Source of the DNA: Psammoneis japonica
Lineage: Eukaryota
Assembly (NCBI GenBank): GCA_008632985.1
Contig: QPGO01000001.1
Span: 590,404 to 654,403 of the forward strand
Direction of reading: 5' to 3'
Length of the DNA stretch: 64,000 nt
In this document: piece after piece, positions 1-13,610 of the stretch
Numbering within the stretch: the stretch's first letter is position 1
Layout of the letters: each line of letters opens with the position of its first letter
Notes under the pieces: generated by a model
What the model was told of the DNA's origin: nothing
Seen by the model: the letters and a program-made list of their open reading frames with translations, nothing else
The model's database searches: none
Position numbers and translations under genes: made by a program

Positions 1-2440
1 GGAACAATTGCTTGCATGCTTGTTCTTGCAGGTCGCAAATCTGCTTTTCAGCAGTGCCATTTTGAAAGTGAGCATTTGCTCAACAGCAGGAAATTGTCTG
101 TCCCTCTTTCTCAACATCTTGGATGAATGCATTGTTGGTGAATCTTCCGTTGTTGGCATGGCAGTGTTTGATTTGGACATGATGTCGGTGAGCAAAGGCT
201 TTGAATGCTCTCTCAGCCTTCAAGGTGTCCTCAGAGGCAAGTGATCATTGTAAGTGGATGTGGCTGAGTCCACTGCAGTGATCCACAAACACCATCACAG
301 CCTTGCATCTCTGTTTTGCAGGCCTTCCTTTGAGCTGAGGGACAAATCCAGTCATTGGACTTTTGAGTTGGTCAACAGACACAACTTCTCCCGGTTTTGT
401 GGCAACGTGTGTGTGCCCTCTGTCTTGCTTGGACTTGGTGTGCCACGGGTGCCAAGTCATGGCTCCACAGATGCACCCTGTGCACTTTGGGTTCTGAACT
501 TTGGTCAGTCGTCTTGGAAGGACACCAAGCGCTGCCAGCAGTGTTGTCATCTTGAATGATGCACGGCCTGACTGGCAATGCCAACGCAACAATTCTCCTT
601 GGTCGTCGTCAGTGGCAAGGATGTCCTCATCAGGGATTGCATTGATTGGATCTCAGAGTCTTGTCTGGACTTCTTTGGAAGCAAGATCTTTCATGTTCTC
701 TTCATTCTCATCAGGAACAGAGTGTGGTGAGTGCCTGTCTTGTTCATTTGCGGGTTGAAACAAAGTCTTCCCACTGTCAATGTTGTTGTGTGCTCCTTGC
801 ATCTCGTCAGGTCGCAACTTGGCAGAGTCCTTGAAGGAGTCTTGTGGTGCTGCATTGGCATCTTTGTCTGAGTCACTGTCATCAGATGGAATTGCGTGGG
901 TCTGGTGCATGACTTGCTCAATGTCGTCAACCCTTTGTCACCTGGCACAGAATGGAAGCTGGCCATGTTTGTCACAGGATCCCATGGGATGAAGCGTTGG
1001 CACTTCCTTTGATTCCACATGAGCAGGCAACCGTCTTCTTGGTTGACCAAGATGGTTCCATGAGGCTCAGGCCTGTGTTTGTTTGCCTGTGACTCTGTTG
1101 TTGAGGACAGAACAGACACACAGGTGAGTTTGGCATGCAGAGTGCTTTGTGAATGGTGAAGGTGTGGATTTCGCCATTGTCATTCTCAATTTTCCATTTC
1201 AGCATTCCTCTCCCTTTGACCTTTGGGAGCTCGCCTCCAATGCCATTCACTTTCATCTTGACTGGTTTGAGTTCACTGATGAAGTGCTTGCAATTGTTTG
1301 ACATGGTGCAAGAGGCATGGTTGTCAACGCCAATCATGAAAGAGTCCGAATCACAAGTGGCCTTGTTTTCATGGTTGGCTGAAATGCCTTGGAACAAGTC
1401 CGTTGAATTGCTGGCCACAGGTGTGAAGGCAACTTTGTGGGTTGCTTGCTTTTTGGCCACTTTGGTCAAGTGACCTCTTTGTTTTGCAGTCATGCACCTT
1501 GGACAGTGCCTGCTTTTATTTGGTGGCAAGTCTTTGCACAGCACTTGTGCATCAGCTGGGATTTGTGAAATGATCCACTCACTCAACATCATTGTTGGTG
1601 TCATGACTTTCTTGAATGTCTTGTGAGGAAGGCCGAAAGTGACAACTGGAATTGTTGGTGCCAGCAGAGGTGCCGCAATCATCATGGCCATTCAGGCCAC
1701 AGCAAGGGTTCCAAGGAACAGTGTTGCAATGAGCTTCATGCAGTGTGTCCATGTGAAGAGAGCCCTTGTGACCATTCCAAAGAACAGTCATTCCTCAGAT
1801 CAGACATCCTCGAGGATGGTGGCAAGCGCATTTGCGAATGAAACTTTCTTCAAGGAGTCCGCATTGTCACCTGGCTCTTGTGACTTTCTCAACCTGCAAC
1901 CATTGGTCCATTGTCATCCAGCAGGTGAATGACCCACGTGGTGTGGCATTGACACCAGCAGCACTCGCGGTTGCCATGAGTCTTAAAGTGGTGCTTCTTG
2001 CCATTCACGAGTTTGGCAGGGTGAGAGTTCTTTGGTGGAACTCGTTTCCAGGAGTCCTCAGAGTCTCCCTTCTTCCCTTTTCCTTTCTTTTTGTCTTTGG
2101 TCTTCTCACTGCTCCTGTCCTTGTTGTCTTTCTTCTTGTGACTTGTGTGCTTGCCAGATTGAGAAAGGGCCTTGGACAGCTTGAGGTTGTGGTCCTTGAT
2201 GGCAGCCATCTCAGTGGAGAGTGCGATGATTCTCTCTTTGGCAGGAGACAGTGCTCCCCATTGATCATGGTGCTTGAGGTTTGTGCACTTGTTCAGAGCA
2301 AGTGACATGATTCCATCAGGTGAGCAGTTCTCTCCATCATTGCAGTTGTCCTTGTGATGAGCCACACACTTGACAAATGACTCATCACCTGCTGCTGCGC
2401 ATCCTTTGAACAGGAATGCATTGAGGTCATTGCATCATTG
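1..2440 (-). mobile_element. Ty1/copia (diatom CoDi-like) retrotransposon remnant: gag, protease, GAG-pre-integrase and integrase core; runs off the window start
   Basis: Minus-strand fragments: protease-like DSDSFMIGVDNHAS...VNGIGG (972-1691); zinc-binding and integrase motifs LRWH...KCTGCICGAM...PGEVVSVDQL...VFVDH (245-592); KHCHANNGRF...NAHFQNGTAEK in 1-244; gag C-terminus in 1889-2365. Multiple frameshifts. Confidence 0.9.
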
Positions 2441-3160
2441 CAAGCATCTTCCTTTTTCTCTTTTCAGTGGCTCATTGAAACTCATGTGTAAGAAACTCAT
2501 GTGAAGGTGCCTAAATTGATGACTCACAATTCATTGTGTGTGTGCATCACATGATGCATGTCTCCATGAGGTGTGTGCCATTGTCAATGGGGACCCCCCA
2601 CAAGTCTGTGCATTGCCCGTGACTGCTTCCACTCTGTGACAGCTGCGTGTTGTTGTTTCCATCACACAAAAACAGCAAACTAACCATGAAGATTGCTGAG
2701 GCCACAAGGCTTCTCATCACTGCATTCTCGGCTGCCCACAGAAGTGCATGGATGGATTGTGACCTTGCTCTGAAGGCACTAAAACATGGCGGCTTTTTGG
2801 GACTTCACAAGTCCACCATCTTGTCTGCACTCCAAGAAAAGTGCATCTACGACAAGCATTTTTACTTGCCCTTGTTGTGTGGTTCATGCCATCAATGGCT
2901 CCGACTCAAGCAATGGCATGGGTTCCTTCAGAAATGCTGCATCGTGAAAGCAAATCCAAGCAAATGTCAGTTTCAATCTGTGGGTGCTTCAATTCAAGGT
3001 CAAGCAATTGGCAGTTTCTGTCTGAAGGTGCTTCGATTCTTTCGATTTGTGCCATGGCATGTGTGTGGCATCTCATTGTTGCAGTTCCCCACACAATGTA
3101 GTCTGACATTTTTTAATTGAGCAAGAACGATTTTTTCATTTTCATGGTTGACCAAAAAGC

Positions 3161-3467
3161 AATCACAAAATTCAATTGTCCAGAACTGCGTGTTTACACA
3201 GCTGCTTGTCCTGCCAAGTGGCAAAGGTTTTGCTCCACTCTGCCTGTTTGCCTCCAGCAGAGCTGGCTCCAGCTTGGCTCCAAGGCCAGCAGACTCATTC
3301 TCTTCACTGGCTGGAAATTGGAGTTCTCTCTAGAGTGGCCAGCTGGCCAAACGGAAAGGCAATCACAAAATTCAACAATCCACAACTGTGTGTTCATTCA
3401 GCTGCTCGTCCTGCCAAGTGGCAAAGGTTTTCTCTGCTCTGCCTGTTTGCCTCTGGCAGAGCTGGCA
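3161..3467. repeat. Diverged direct repeat, ~105 bp copies with 200 bp period
   Basis: aatcacaaaattcaa...gtcctgccaagtggcaaaggtttt...ctctgcctgtttgcctc...cagagctggc begins at both 3161 and 3361. Confidence 0.85.
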
Positions 3468-3502
3468 CAACGCCTGGTGCAAGACCCACAAAAGGCTGCA
3501 CA

Positions 3503-3822
3503 GGAGTTCCATGTGACTGAGACCGGTGTGACTGGCCATCATGCAAGTGACTCACCTTGCATGAAGGGGCTGCACAGGAGTCACACAGTGCTGAGTGTGA
3601 GCCTGTGGATTGGCCTGCGTGAGTGTCAACAAGTCTTTTGAAAGACTTGTGATTGAGTGTTTCCAATGACTTGTCATGCAACAAGAAATCTTGTTTCTTG
3701 GAAAAGAGCGCCATTGTGCATTTGCACTCTAAACAAAACAGTCTTGCAATTTCACGCAACACAGAAAATCTCTGCTGCACCTTTTAGACATGAGCACTTG
3801 CATGCCATTCCTGCATGGGTCA
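3503..3822 (+). repeat. Dispersed repeat, copy 1 (copy 2 at 9091-9419)
   Basis: Shared colinear blocks, e.g. agcctgtggattgg, gtgagtgtcaacaagtcttttgaaagacttg, gtttcttggaaaagagc, gccattcctgcatgggtca. Confidence 0.85.
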
Positions 3823-4192
3823 CAGTGATGTCACTCCCAGCAAGTGCAAGAATGCCTTTTGGTTGGCTGACCATGACTGTCTGCTGCTCTGCACAGAAAA
3901 GAGAAAAGCGGAACATGACAGAATGTCATTTTTAGGGCAGAGAAAGAGAAATCACAAAAATGTTGCTCATGTGGTCAAGAACACCATCACACATTTGTGC
4001 TCTAAATGAAATGGTTTCACAATTTCACACAACACAGAAAATCTCTGTCTTTTGGATGCAAGTGCTTGTGTGCTGCTCCCACACAGGTTGCAGCAATGTT
4101 GCTCCCAGCGAGTGCAAGAATGCCTTTTAATCAACTGACCATGGATGTCTGCTGTTCTGCACAGAAAAGTGGGATGTGACAGAATGTCATTT
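3749..4192. repeat. Degenerate direct repeat (~180 bp copies, ~270 bp period)
   Basis: aatttcac(g/a)caacacagaaaatctctg...ctcccagc(a/g)agtgcaagaatgcctttt...ctgcacagaaaag...tgacagaatgtcattttt starts at 3749 and 4021. Confidence 0.8.
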
Positions 4193-5299
4193 TTCCTGTT
4201 CTCTGTGACTGTGTGGTCAAGAGGGCAGCAGAAAGAAAAATTGTGAAAACATCACTCATGCAGTCAAGAACGCATGCCATGCAAGAGCTTCTCAATTTTT
4301 TTGCTGATTGGCAATGGCAGGGACATGCTGCAAGTGCTTTCAAATGAGATGAGAGAATTGATCTCCTTGAATGTGGCATGCCTTGTGTGTCTCAGTGCAA
4401 GAGAAGAGAGCCAAAGATTCAATGCTCAACATGAATGCTGCAGACATTGCGTTTCATGAGCAATTTGACAATCTTGTTCTAAAATTCATCCATTGCTGGT
4501 GAGAAAGATGATGGCACCAATGACCACCCAAAAGGCAGTGAACTGTGCCAAAACAGCAGTTTTGATGCATGCCAAATGGCCAAGTCAAAAGTGTCACATG
4601 AAAAGCCTCAAGACACAGCCTTTGGTGGTGCACATTCAATGTCTCAGGGATGTGGGATGGACATGACATTCCTGCAAGGCCCACATCTGTTCCCATGTGG
4701 AGCATTGTTCACACTTCAATGGAAAAATGGACTGGCATGCCAGTCTCCTCTGTGCATGCAAAAATGCTGAGACAGAAAGAGTCACCCAAAAAACCTGGGG
4801 CACTGATGCTGGTGCAATTTCCACATCTCTGGGCTGCAGAATGGACACGGCATTCCCTGAACTGTCACATGCAGTGGAAACCAGGCAATTGGTTCACATG
4901 CATGATGGAAACCTTGGACATGACACACTTGGACTTGAACCTCTGGCGTGGGTGTGCATGGTGCATTCTCTGATCAGGTTGCCAGTGTGTCAGACAAAAG
5001 ACCCACACAAATGACATGTGGCAAGAATGATTGCATGTGCTGTCACCCAAAGATGAGGTGTCAATTGATGCGATGCTCAAAGGGTGAAATGGAAAATCCT
5101 GCAATGCACACAAATTCCATGCCCAAAGAAGTCAATGTGCTCCACAAGAACAGAGCATTCAACCACTTCTGGGCCACAGATCATTTGGTTTTTTACACAA
5201 TGACTTCAAACAATTGAGTGAACAGATGGGAAATGTCCATTCACAAATGCCAAACACAAATGATGTGACACTTCAGCTCAAAACAAACAAACTTCAACT

Positions 5300-7488
5300 G
5301 GGAGTTGCATGAAATGTCGAAATTTTCGTTTTTCCCTGTTTTTCGTGGTTTTTCGTGTTTTTTCGTGACGATAATTCATTTTACACATCCCCTAAAACGT
5401 TGCATTTTGGGCTATGCGAACACCAGACACCAGATAGAAGATGGGGTCGAACGGCGAACGCGGCGATGGTTCGTTGATGCGAAGCGAAAGTCAGTGCCGT
5501 CCACCGTCACCGTGCATGCCATTATCATCCATAAACCTGTGTTACCAGTCAATCTAAGATGATAAGATGGTGAAGCTAATGCCAGTACGTTGATTTTCAA
5601 AAAGAGATTGGAATGATGGTACGCAACAAGTCCAGATTTACAATTAACTCTATTCCGACACAAAACCATTTTCTTATCGTGTCTTCGTGTGCTCCACCAC
5701 AGATTCCCGGCAAAATGGTTTCAGAACAATGCAGATTCAGAAAACAAGGGCACACAACAAGTGAGTGGGCAGGAACCCATGAGAAAGGTTTCCTTCATCT
5801 TGAAGAAGGCCCCACAACTCGCACACTACTGTATGTCCTGCAAAGTGCTCAAGTATGACGCGAACCTATTGGTTCCAAATCCATTCCGATCTTGTCTGCC
5901 TCTGAATGGCTGTCCTTGCAAGACAATCTACTGTGGCTCTGGGCAGGCGCATTTGTATGGTGAGTAGTACAGTCGTGTGTTGCGCATTTGATATTTTACA
6001 CTATGCTAAAATGATTGACACCGCGCCATTGCCATACAGCAGTGTTTTTGTTGCCGTAGGTGGATTGATGGTTCCATGTATTATCGGGCAGGGTTCTCAT
6101 TCGTTTCCAACGTCTAAAAACAATGTTTTGATGTTAGGCCTTTTAGAGAGATTCCCTTCGGGAACGCTTTTGGTGCGGTTTCGGAACGCTTTTGGTACGG
6201 TCCCGGAACGGTGGAAACACGGGAATGACGAAATGCCTATTTCGTCGAATGGTATTTCCGTGTTGGAGCTATTGGCGGTTGTCATAGATATGGTTTATTG
6301 TCAAACAATACTAGTAGTTACAATACACCCTTATAGTTCAACTTATAGCCACTGTAACTCAAAATTATTGAGACTTCTACCAGCCGTTCTTTTTCTTAGA
6401 GAAAATAGAAACCTGTTTTGACGGGTGTACCTTTTGCAATAAATCCATATAATCTGTTAAACTTTTACACTATTGTGCCATACTCAAATAGTTCTAACAA
6501 TAGTGCACTAATTACAATGCATCATATGTCTCATTGGCGAATTGACCGGCTCCAAAGTTTGATTTCCGCGCGAATTAGTGCATATGAGAACGTTCTCGGA
6601 ACGCTTTTGGAACGCTTTTGGAACGGTATGCAAGGGAATCTTGAACGACAATAATCCAAAATAGTCTCTAGCCCCAGTCCCCCCCAAGAGGCCTTTTTTG
6701 GTTTTGGCGGTTGGAGCCATTTGGCGGGTTTGAATTTGAAATCTGTACTATCGCACGAAGCGATGAGGTTGAGACAGTCGTGACTGGTTCAAATCGGAGT
6801 TCGGGATCGAGAAGGGCGTCTCTTGCAGTCGTACGGTGCCATGCGTATCATCATGCGTGCAGAAACGCCGTGACAACGTGATGTGCTCATACTGTAGCAA
6901 CTGCTTATGATGTACACATGGATATACAAATTTGAATACAGTAGAAAATGAGCGCACAGGCAGGCACCGATAGAAGGTGTCGTCATCATCGATTGTCGCA
7001 CCGTTTTGTCGTTCATTTCAGTGCTTGATGTCACCATGCCAACCCAATTGAGTGAGTGCAGGTTGTCATTTTTCACGCACTGTGCAACATCATTTAAACA
7101 TTCTCATTCCATCCAGTGGGTTGTCTTCTCAACGAGAAATTTTGGTGGGGTCTGGTGAAGACACAACCACCTGCATTTCTGGGGGCATTTTGTCTCAGCA
7201 CTGGTTGGGAAAAAAGGCAATTGTTGAGAAACCTTCCATGGAATTTCGACATTTTGTCAAATCAAACAGAGCCCCAAAAACACAGGATTTGTCCTGCAGC
7301 CAAATGCAACATTGTGTGTCTGTGGCATGTCCCCTGGCAAAAAGTGCGAGCAGCGTTTTGGTGGCAAGTGCACAAACTTTCGCAGCATCGTGCAGACTGT
7401 GGCGGCACTCGCGTGCAGGCAGGTCTCTCTGACATTCTGTGCGTTTTTGCAGGGAAAAACGAAAATTTTGACATTTCACGCAACTCCC
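5300..7488. mobile_element. Putative non-autonomous DNA element bounded by 39 bp terminal inverted repeats
   Basis: gggagttgcatgaaatgtcgaaattttcgtttttccctg (5300-5338) is the near-perfect reverse complement of cagggaaaaacgaaaattttgacatttcacgcaactccc (7450-7488). Internal short repeats ggaacgcttttgg occur at ~6161-6196 and ~6598-6622. No clear TSD. Confidence 0.6.
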
Positions 7489-7739
7489 TGGAACAAGCCT
7501 TGATTGCAAAAAGGCCGCCACCACAACAAACATTGACGCAACGTTCTTTCCATGAAAGAGAAAGGATGGTGTTGTGAGAGCAGAATTTTTTTCTTTGTCC
7601 ATTGCCTGTCAAAGACAGCAGTGACATTGCCGCAAGACAGAAAGTGGAGCCTGGTCAATTCTGCCCACGTGTCAATCCGCCGCTGCTGCGTGGACTTTTT
7701 TTACACCCACAGGCAAACTCCAAGTGGAGCGCGCAGATC

Positions 7740-8245
7740 AGACAATTGGAAACTTGATGCGTGCATTCATGGTGCTCTGAGCACAAGACATGGAGTTGGA
7801 CAAAGATGACCTGTGGGCTGGCACACTTTCTGCCGCAGCCTTTGCTGTGCATGCAACTGCACACACCACTGCCAAGGCAACTCCGATGCAGCTCATCTTT
7901 GGGCGTGATGCAATTTCATCTGTTGCCCATCATGCTGAGTGGGGAGGCACATTCAGGACAGAATGCAGAAAATGATCTGCTCAAACAACAAGCAAGAAAA
8001 CTTGAAAAGAAGAGAGCACCAATGTGCAAGGGAACAACTGGTGCTTGCCAAGCAGGGGCAATGGACAAAATTTGGCACTGACAGTCATGCAGGGCCAGCT
8101 GCAGTTGTTCAAGTCAACGACAATGTGACGCCCTTTGTCTGCAAAAAGGTGTGCTGGTGGACACGTGCAACAATTGTCCCTTGCCAGCAGCGGGACCTTC
8201 TGTCACACTTGCGCAACACCTTCCTTGTCACAGGGGCGAGTGCGC
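7740..8245 (+). mobile_element. Ty3/gypsy integrase C-terminal fragment with probable polypurine tract
   Basis: WAGTLSAAAFAVHATAHTTAKATPMQLIFGRD followed, after a frameshift, by NNKQENLKRREHQC...VLAKQ...KFGTDSHAGP...VQVNDN (GPY/F-like region). aggggcgagtg lies at ~8232-8242. Confidence 0.8.
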
Positions 8246-8452
8246 AGCATGCATCCCCACTGCAGCCGCCGTTGATGCTGCTTTCCTGCATCTGTGCTGT
8301 CAGCAGCGATGCTGACCCCACAGAAGTGTGCACTCCAGTGGAAATCTTTTGAAAATGACCCGTGATGCAAAACGCACAAAGCAGTTGAGGGCGTCTGCAG
8401 AATCCACACATTTTTGCACTGAAGCTGTTGTGTTCACACAATTTGTGCAAAA

Positions 8453-8846
8453 GACGTGTTCCAGCTTTAGGTGGGACCTCGTACCACTGAACTGTGACAC
8501 AATTGTTTTTTATCATCCGTCGTATGTTTCGCACGTACATTTCTACGTGTTCTATTATAAAAAATTGTTCCACACTGCCTGTTTTGCGAAGCCAAAGGCT
8601 TTCTGTTATCTGCACTTATGTCAATAAAAATGCGCTGGGCATTTTCTTTAATGTCTAAAGAATGTACCCGGGCATGCTGTAAAGAATGTACTTCAAGTGT
8701 GGAGGAGGAGATACGTTCGCAAAATTGCCTCTTTTTCTGTTGGCGATCATTCATATATTCATTGCTTAATAATTTTACTACGGAGCTCGCACGCAGAATT
8801 CTACGGGCCCAATGTAACAAAGTCCCACCTAGGACTGGAACCCGTC
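8453..8846 (+). mobile_element. MITE copy A (394 bp, ~25 bp TIRs, 4 bp TSD aaaa); retains TpA
   Basis: Left end gacgtgttccagctttaggtgggac, right end gtcccacctaggactggaacccgtc, with aaaa on both flanks. Homologous to 47164-47560 (inverted) and 49337-49564. A 4 bp TSD with GA-start TIRs is reminiscent of Sola elements (inference). Confidence 0.88.
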
Positions 8847-9090
8847 AAAAACAGACTTGGCTCTTGTTGGGTCAGGTGCATTTTTGCAAATGTGTTGAAG
8901 AAAAAATTGCCTGATCAGAAAACAGTCAAGTCCATTTTTCGCAAAGTTAAAATTCACTGGGGGACAGACAGACAGACTTTTTGTCAATTGTCTTGGCGCT
9001 GCTCCACACAATTTCTGTGCAATGACTCCACAGCGCAAAAGGTTGCTGTTGAAAATGTGACTCCTCCTGTGAGACCTGTGGTGGGCCATG

Positions 9091-9419
9091 GGAGTTCCTC
9101 AATGTGACCAAGACCAGCACGACTGGCGATCGTGCGCAAGTGACTCGCCTTGTGCTGTGAAGGGGCTGCATGGAAGCTGCGCAGTGCCGAGCATCAGCCT
9201 GTGGATTGGCTCCACGTGAGTGTCAACAAGTCTTTTGAAAGACTTGCACTGAACTCTTTCCAATGACTTGCCACGCAACTGGAGCTCTGGTTTCTTGGAA
9301 AAGAGCACCCACCACGCATTTGCGCCCCAAACAAAATGGTCTTGTGGCATCACACAACACAGAACATCTCTGCCTCCCACATGGGTGTGAGCACTTGTGT
9401 GCCATTCCTGCATGGGTCA
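9091..9419 (+). repeat. Dispersed repeat, copy 2 (copy 1 at 3503-3822)
   Basis: Colinear shared blocks with 3503-3822. Confidence 0.85.
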
Positions 9420-12400
9420 AGACCAATCTGTCATCAACAACAATTTGGCTTTGTTTCATTCACAGTTTGTCTCTGAGGACAAGCTCCAACAGGAGCCATT
9501 GTGGCTCTCAGAGTCGCTGCGCAGAAATTGTGCAGAAGAGCAACAGAAACAATTGTTGTCAGTCTGCCCACCCATCCATGTTTGAATGTCAACTTCTCAG
9601 GAAATCAGCCAAAATGTCATCTGATCAAAGGTGTTGCTCTTCACCATGCAAATCAAAACATCTTTGATCAGACAACATTTCAATTGAGTTCCCAAAAAGT
9701 CAGTGGCTCCAGTCACCCTCTTGCATGACATTGTGCACATTTCAACACGATTTGGCATTTTTTTCCTTGTGCAAATGCTGATTGTGACTCTTGCAACATT
9801 TTTGAATGACTCCCATTGTTTCCATCACCATGTGTCATTTCTGCGTGACAGGTTGCTGTGCTTTTCAAGCTTCCTGGATCCATTTTTTGCAAAGACCGCT
9901 TCTTCTTGCTCTGAGACATTTCAGTGTGTCTGTGATGTGACGGGGCACATGGGTTCACAAAATGAGTCTGCTGATTTCAACAACAATGGCCTCAACAGCC
10001 AGTTCAAGACAGTGCATGCCATTGAGAAAATGTCAATGGGTTTTTGAAGGTTGGCCATGTTCTTGTTTGTCCAGAAGGTGAGAGCAAGGTCTGCTGCTGC
10101 TTGCTGGCCTGCCAACATGCCGTCATGCCAAGATCAGCAAGACTGGGGCACATGGGCTTGCACTTGGTGAACTTCTGCTGCAAATGGATCTGCAAAGCTG
10201 CGCACTGAGTGTGGGCTCATGATGTGAATGGGACAGTCCTTTCACATGTCTTCTGATGCACCTGCTTTGAGAGAAAGTGGGTGCAGGATGCACGAGGGCT
10301 GTTGATTCTAAAATGTCCGATCCAGAGCTCACAAACATTGGACAAAAAGCATTTTTTGCAAACAGTGTCAAGCTTCAAAATGTGAGCTTTTTTCCTGGTG
10401 GTCAAGCTTGATTTGAAAAGATTTCTGCCACAGAGATGGTTTGCTCAAGACAAACACCCACTCTTGCCACAAACCATGCTGTGGTTTGCCACGCAAAACC
10501 ACTCATGCACACAATTGTTGCCCCAAACCACCAAACAGCGCAAATCACAGCATGCCAAAAACAGTGCAACAGACAATGGTCAAAGGTGCAGAAGGCAACC
10601 AGACATCCACAGCAAGGATGTTTTGTCAGTCGATGCAGCAAAGAGTCTGTTTGACAATGTGAGCGCTTCATTTCAGCAGATTGCCATGTTCTTGAATGTC
10701 TCCTTGGTGTGGCCATCTTGTTTGTTGTTCATTGTGAGCCTCAATTTTCTGGTTCAATTTGGCATTCAACCCTCTGGCACCAATTCTGTGGGGCTCTTGG
10801 CACTCATCTGTGAAGCAAACCACTCAATGGCTTTTGACATTTCTGTGGGGTGAGTTGATCACCACCAATCCATGGCCTTGATGGTGATTTGATGGCAGCC
10901 ATGCTCTGTGCACATGAGTGGTGGCCAACAACACAGTGCATGAACAACAACAGCTTTTTGCCTCTGTCAAAAGGTCACATGCGCGCCTGCTTTGTCATGT
11001 CAGTGACAAGTTTCATGGTGCACAAATTGCAAGCCACTGAGAGTGGTTTGATTTTTTGCCCAAGTGGGGACAAGTGTGTTAGCCTGGTGAAAACACAGGT
11101 GCCAATGCTGTCACTGCATGCAGAAATTCCAGAAATGTTTTTGCAGTTGACAGATTTTCTGTGTGCACTTCGTTGCACGTGACTTTGGATGCCACATGGC
11201 ACATTTTCTGGAGGAATTGCTGGGGAGGTGGGGTCAATCTGAACACATGCTGGGTTTTTCACCCTTTTCTGGGTCAATTTCTGGGTCTTTTATTTTGCAC
11301 ATTGCCAGTTTTCATTCTCACATTTCTGGGTCTGAGGGTTTCTCCAATCTTCTGGGGGTTGGAGGCCCATTTCTGGAACACCAAGAGTTGGTGCTCTCCT
11401 CTGTTCCTGGACTGTGTTTCTGGCACAGCCTTGTTCTCAACTGTGGTGCAATGCAAACATGTGTTGCTGACATCCATGATGCTGCATCAACAGAGAGTTC
11501 TCAATTGAAATGCGATGAAGAAACAAGCTGAGCTGCCACTTGTTGGCAAAACCAGCACTCCATGCAGCACTCCACCACCCAATTTCCCATGATTCTCAAT
11601 GCAACAAGCAACCTTCTAATTGTCAAGCCCTCTTCATTGGTTTTCTCACCCTGTCAGAAGTGCAGGATGAGGTGGCAGTTGCACAATTCTTCATTTCATT
11701 TGTCGCCATTTTCTTGTGTTTTTTTTTTTTTCTTTTCCGCATGCTTCAGAAAGGTGACCATCAGAGTGCATGACATCGTAACATCTGCACACATGATGAA
11801 AACATGTTGCCACATTGTAAAATCCACTTGTCTGCACATGATGGTTTTTGTTGTTTGGTCAATTGTTGATCTCCTGCCATTCTTCATGTTTGAACGCAGA
11901 TGCTTTTTAATTTTCATGCTCAGCCTTTTTCACAACAACTGACGATCTTTAATGACAAGCCAAACATTGCAGTTGCGTGCAACAAAATTTTCATCATGCA
12001 AAGTGTGCACTGATTGTTTGGTCAATGACTGTGCTCCAATTGGCCTGTTCGTCCGCATCGTCCTCTTCATTCCACATGTCTTGTCTGCTCTCTTGCAAGA
12101 ATTTCAAACACGCTGCTGCCGTGTTGGATGTTTCCTCGTCACCGCTCCAAAAAAGCCACACTGCATTTCTTGCATTTGGGCAAACATCATCGAGAGGAAG
12201 AGGTCCCTCGAAATGCAGAATCGCACTGCTGCTCCCCTCTTGACGTCGTGTCGTCTGCTTCTTTTTCTCTTTCTTCATTTTTCCTGTCCCATTTTTCTCT
12301 TCCTTCTTCATCTTGGCGCCGCCTGTTTTCACCGTCTCCGGCGTCTTTCTGCCCGAATCCTTCTTTTTCATCAATCCCGTCGCCATCGCCTCCATCGTGT

Positions 12401-13610
12401 GTTGCTTTGTTTTGGATCCATGTTTCTGACTTCTCTCCATGCCATCCCCATTTCCGAATGTTTCTTTGTGATTGTTCGCGTGCATCACTTGAAGGCACCC
12501 ATGTGTTCTTCACGCACCCCAATGCGCATGTAGAAATCCATGTTGTTTTCCAGTGCATGCACCCTTTCTCCTGATGCATGTTTTCACAATGTTTTCTTCC
12601 ATCGATTCTGCACTCCGCATTGCCCTTTCCCGGCACAATCTCATGTGGAATTTCTCTGGGAGAAGTCACATGCGCGTCTGGCAGGTTTTTGTGTGCAAAA
12701 CTCCAAATCCCACCAGGCGCATGTGCAACTTCTCCCATGCACCACTCTGGCACATTTCTGTAGAAACCAGAATTTTGTGACTGACGCGCGACCAATCTGG
12801 TGAATGCAATGGTGGACCCATGACCACAACAATCAGAGCATCAGAAGAAAACCATGTCAGATGAACTCCGTCTGTCCGCTGCTGAGGATTTCCATCACCG
12901 GATGATGGAGACAGTTGGTGGTTTTGTTCACGTCCATGCGCAGTTCATCAAGTCATTGATCAAGACACACTGTTCAGACAACAACCACATTGTTGCAGTG
13001 GAAAATTGCAGCAAAGCGGAAATGAGTTTCCAACGCTTTCTTCACGGCAACGCATTTGACGCAAAACAATTGGGGCTCCCAATCTCCGTTGTGGGACATC
13101 AAAAATCAGAGTGCAGGCAAACATGCTGCACAGCTGTGACTCGACGTTGCTTCTGAGAAGCCTCAGGGCAAATTCTGACACAGATGTCACAAGAGCAGCA
13201 GAGAGGGAGTTTTCTGCAATTGACAGCATTGTTGAATCCATCCACCACCGTGCCGTGCCACTCCTTTGAAGGCAACATCTAACACAGCCGCAGCGTGTCC
13301 TGAAGGGTGCAATCACGTTGCTCCACGAGGCCCTCGACGATTTGACAAGGAAAGACGTTGCCTTGCAGCGACAGTGGCAAGCTTTGCACAATCTGAGGCC
13401 AGGCACAGATCAAATGCGGGGAGGGACATGGACCATGATCCGGGCTGTGGACGAAGAAGCCGTGGCAAGAGAAAGGGTCCTGCAGTTGGCATTGCAAATC
13501 GAGGCACAATTGGTGGCTGTCAACCAGCCTGACCACAGCGCCGACTTTCAGCAGGCGATTGTGGCTGCCAGGGAACATTTCATGGTGCAGGATGACCAAA
13601 TGGACCGTGC

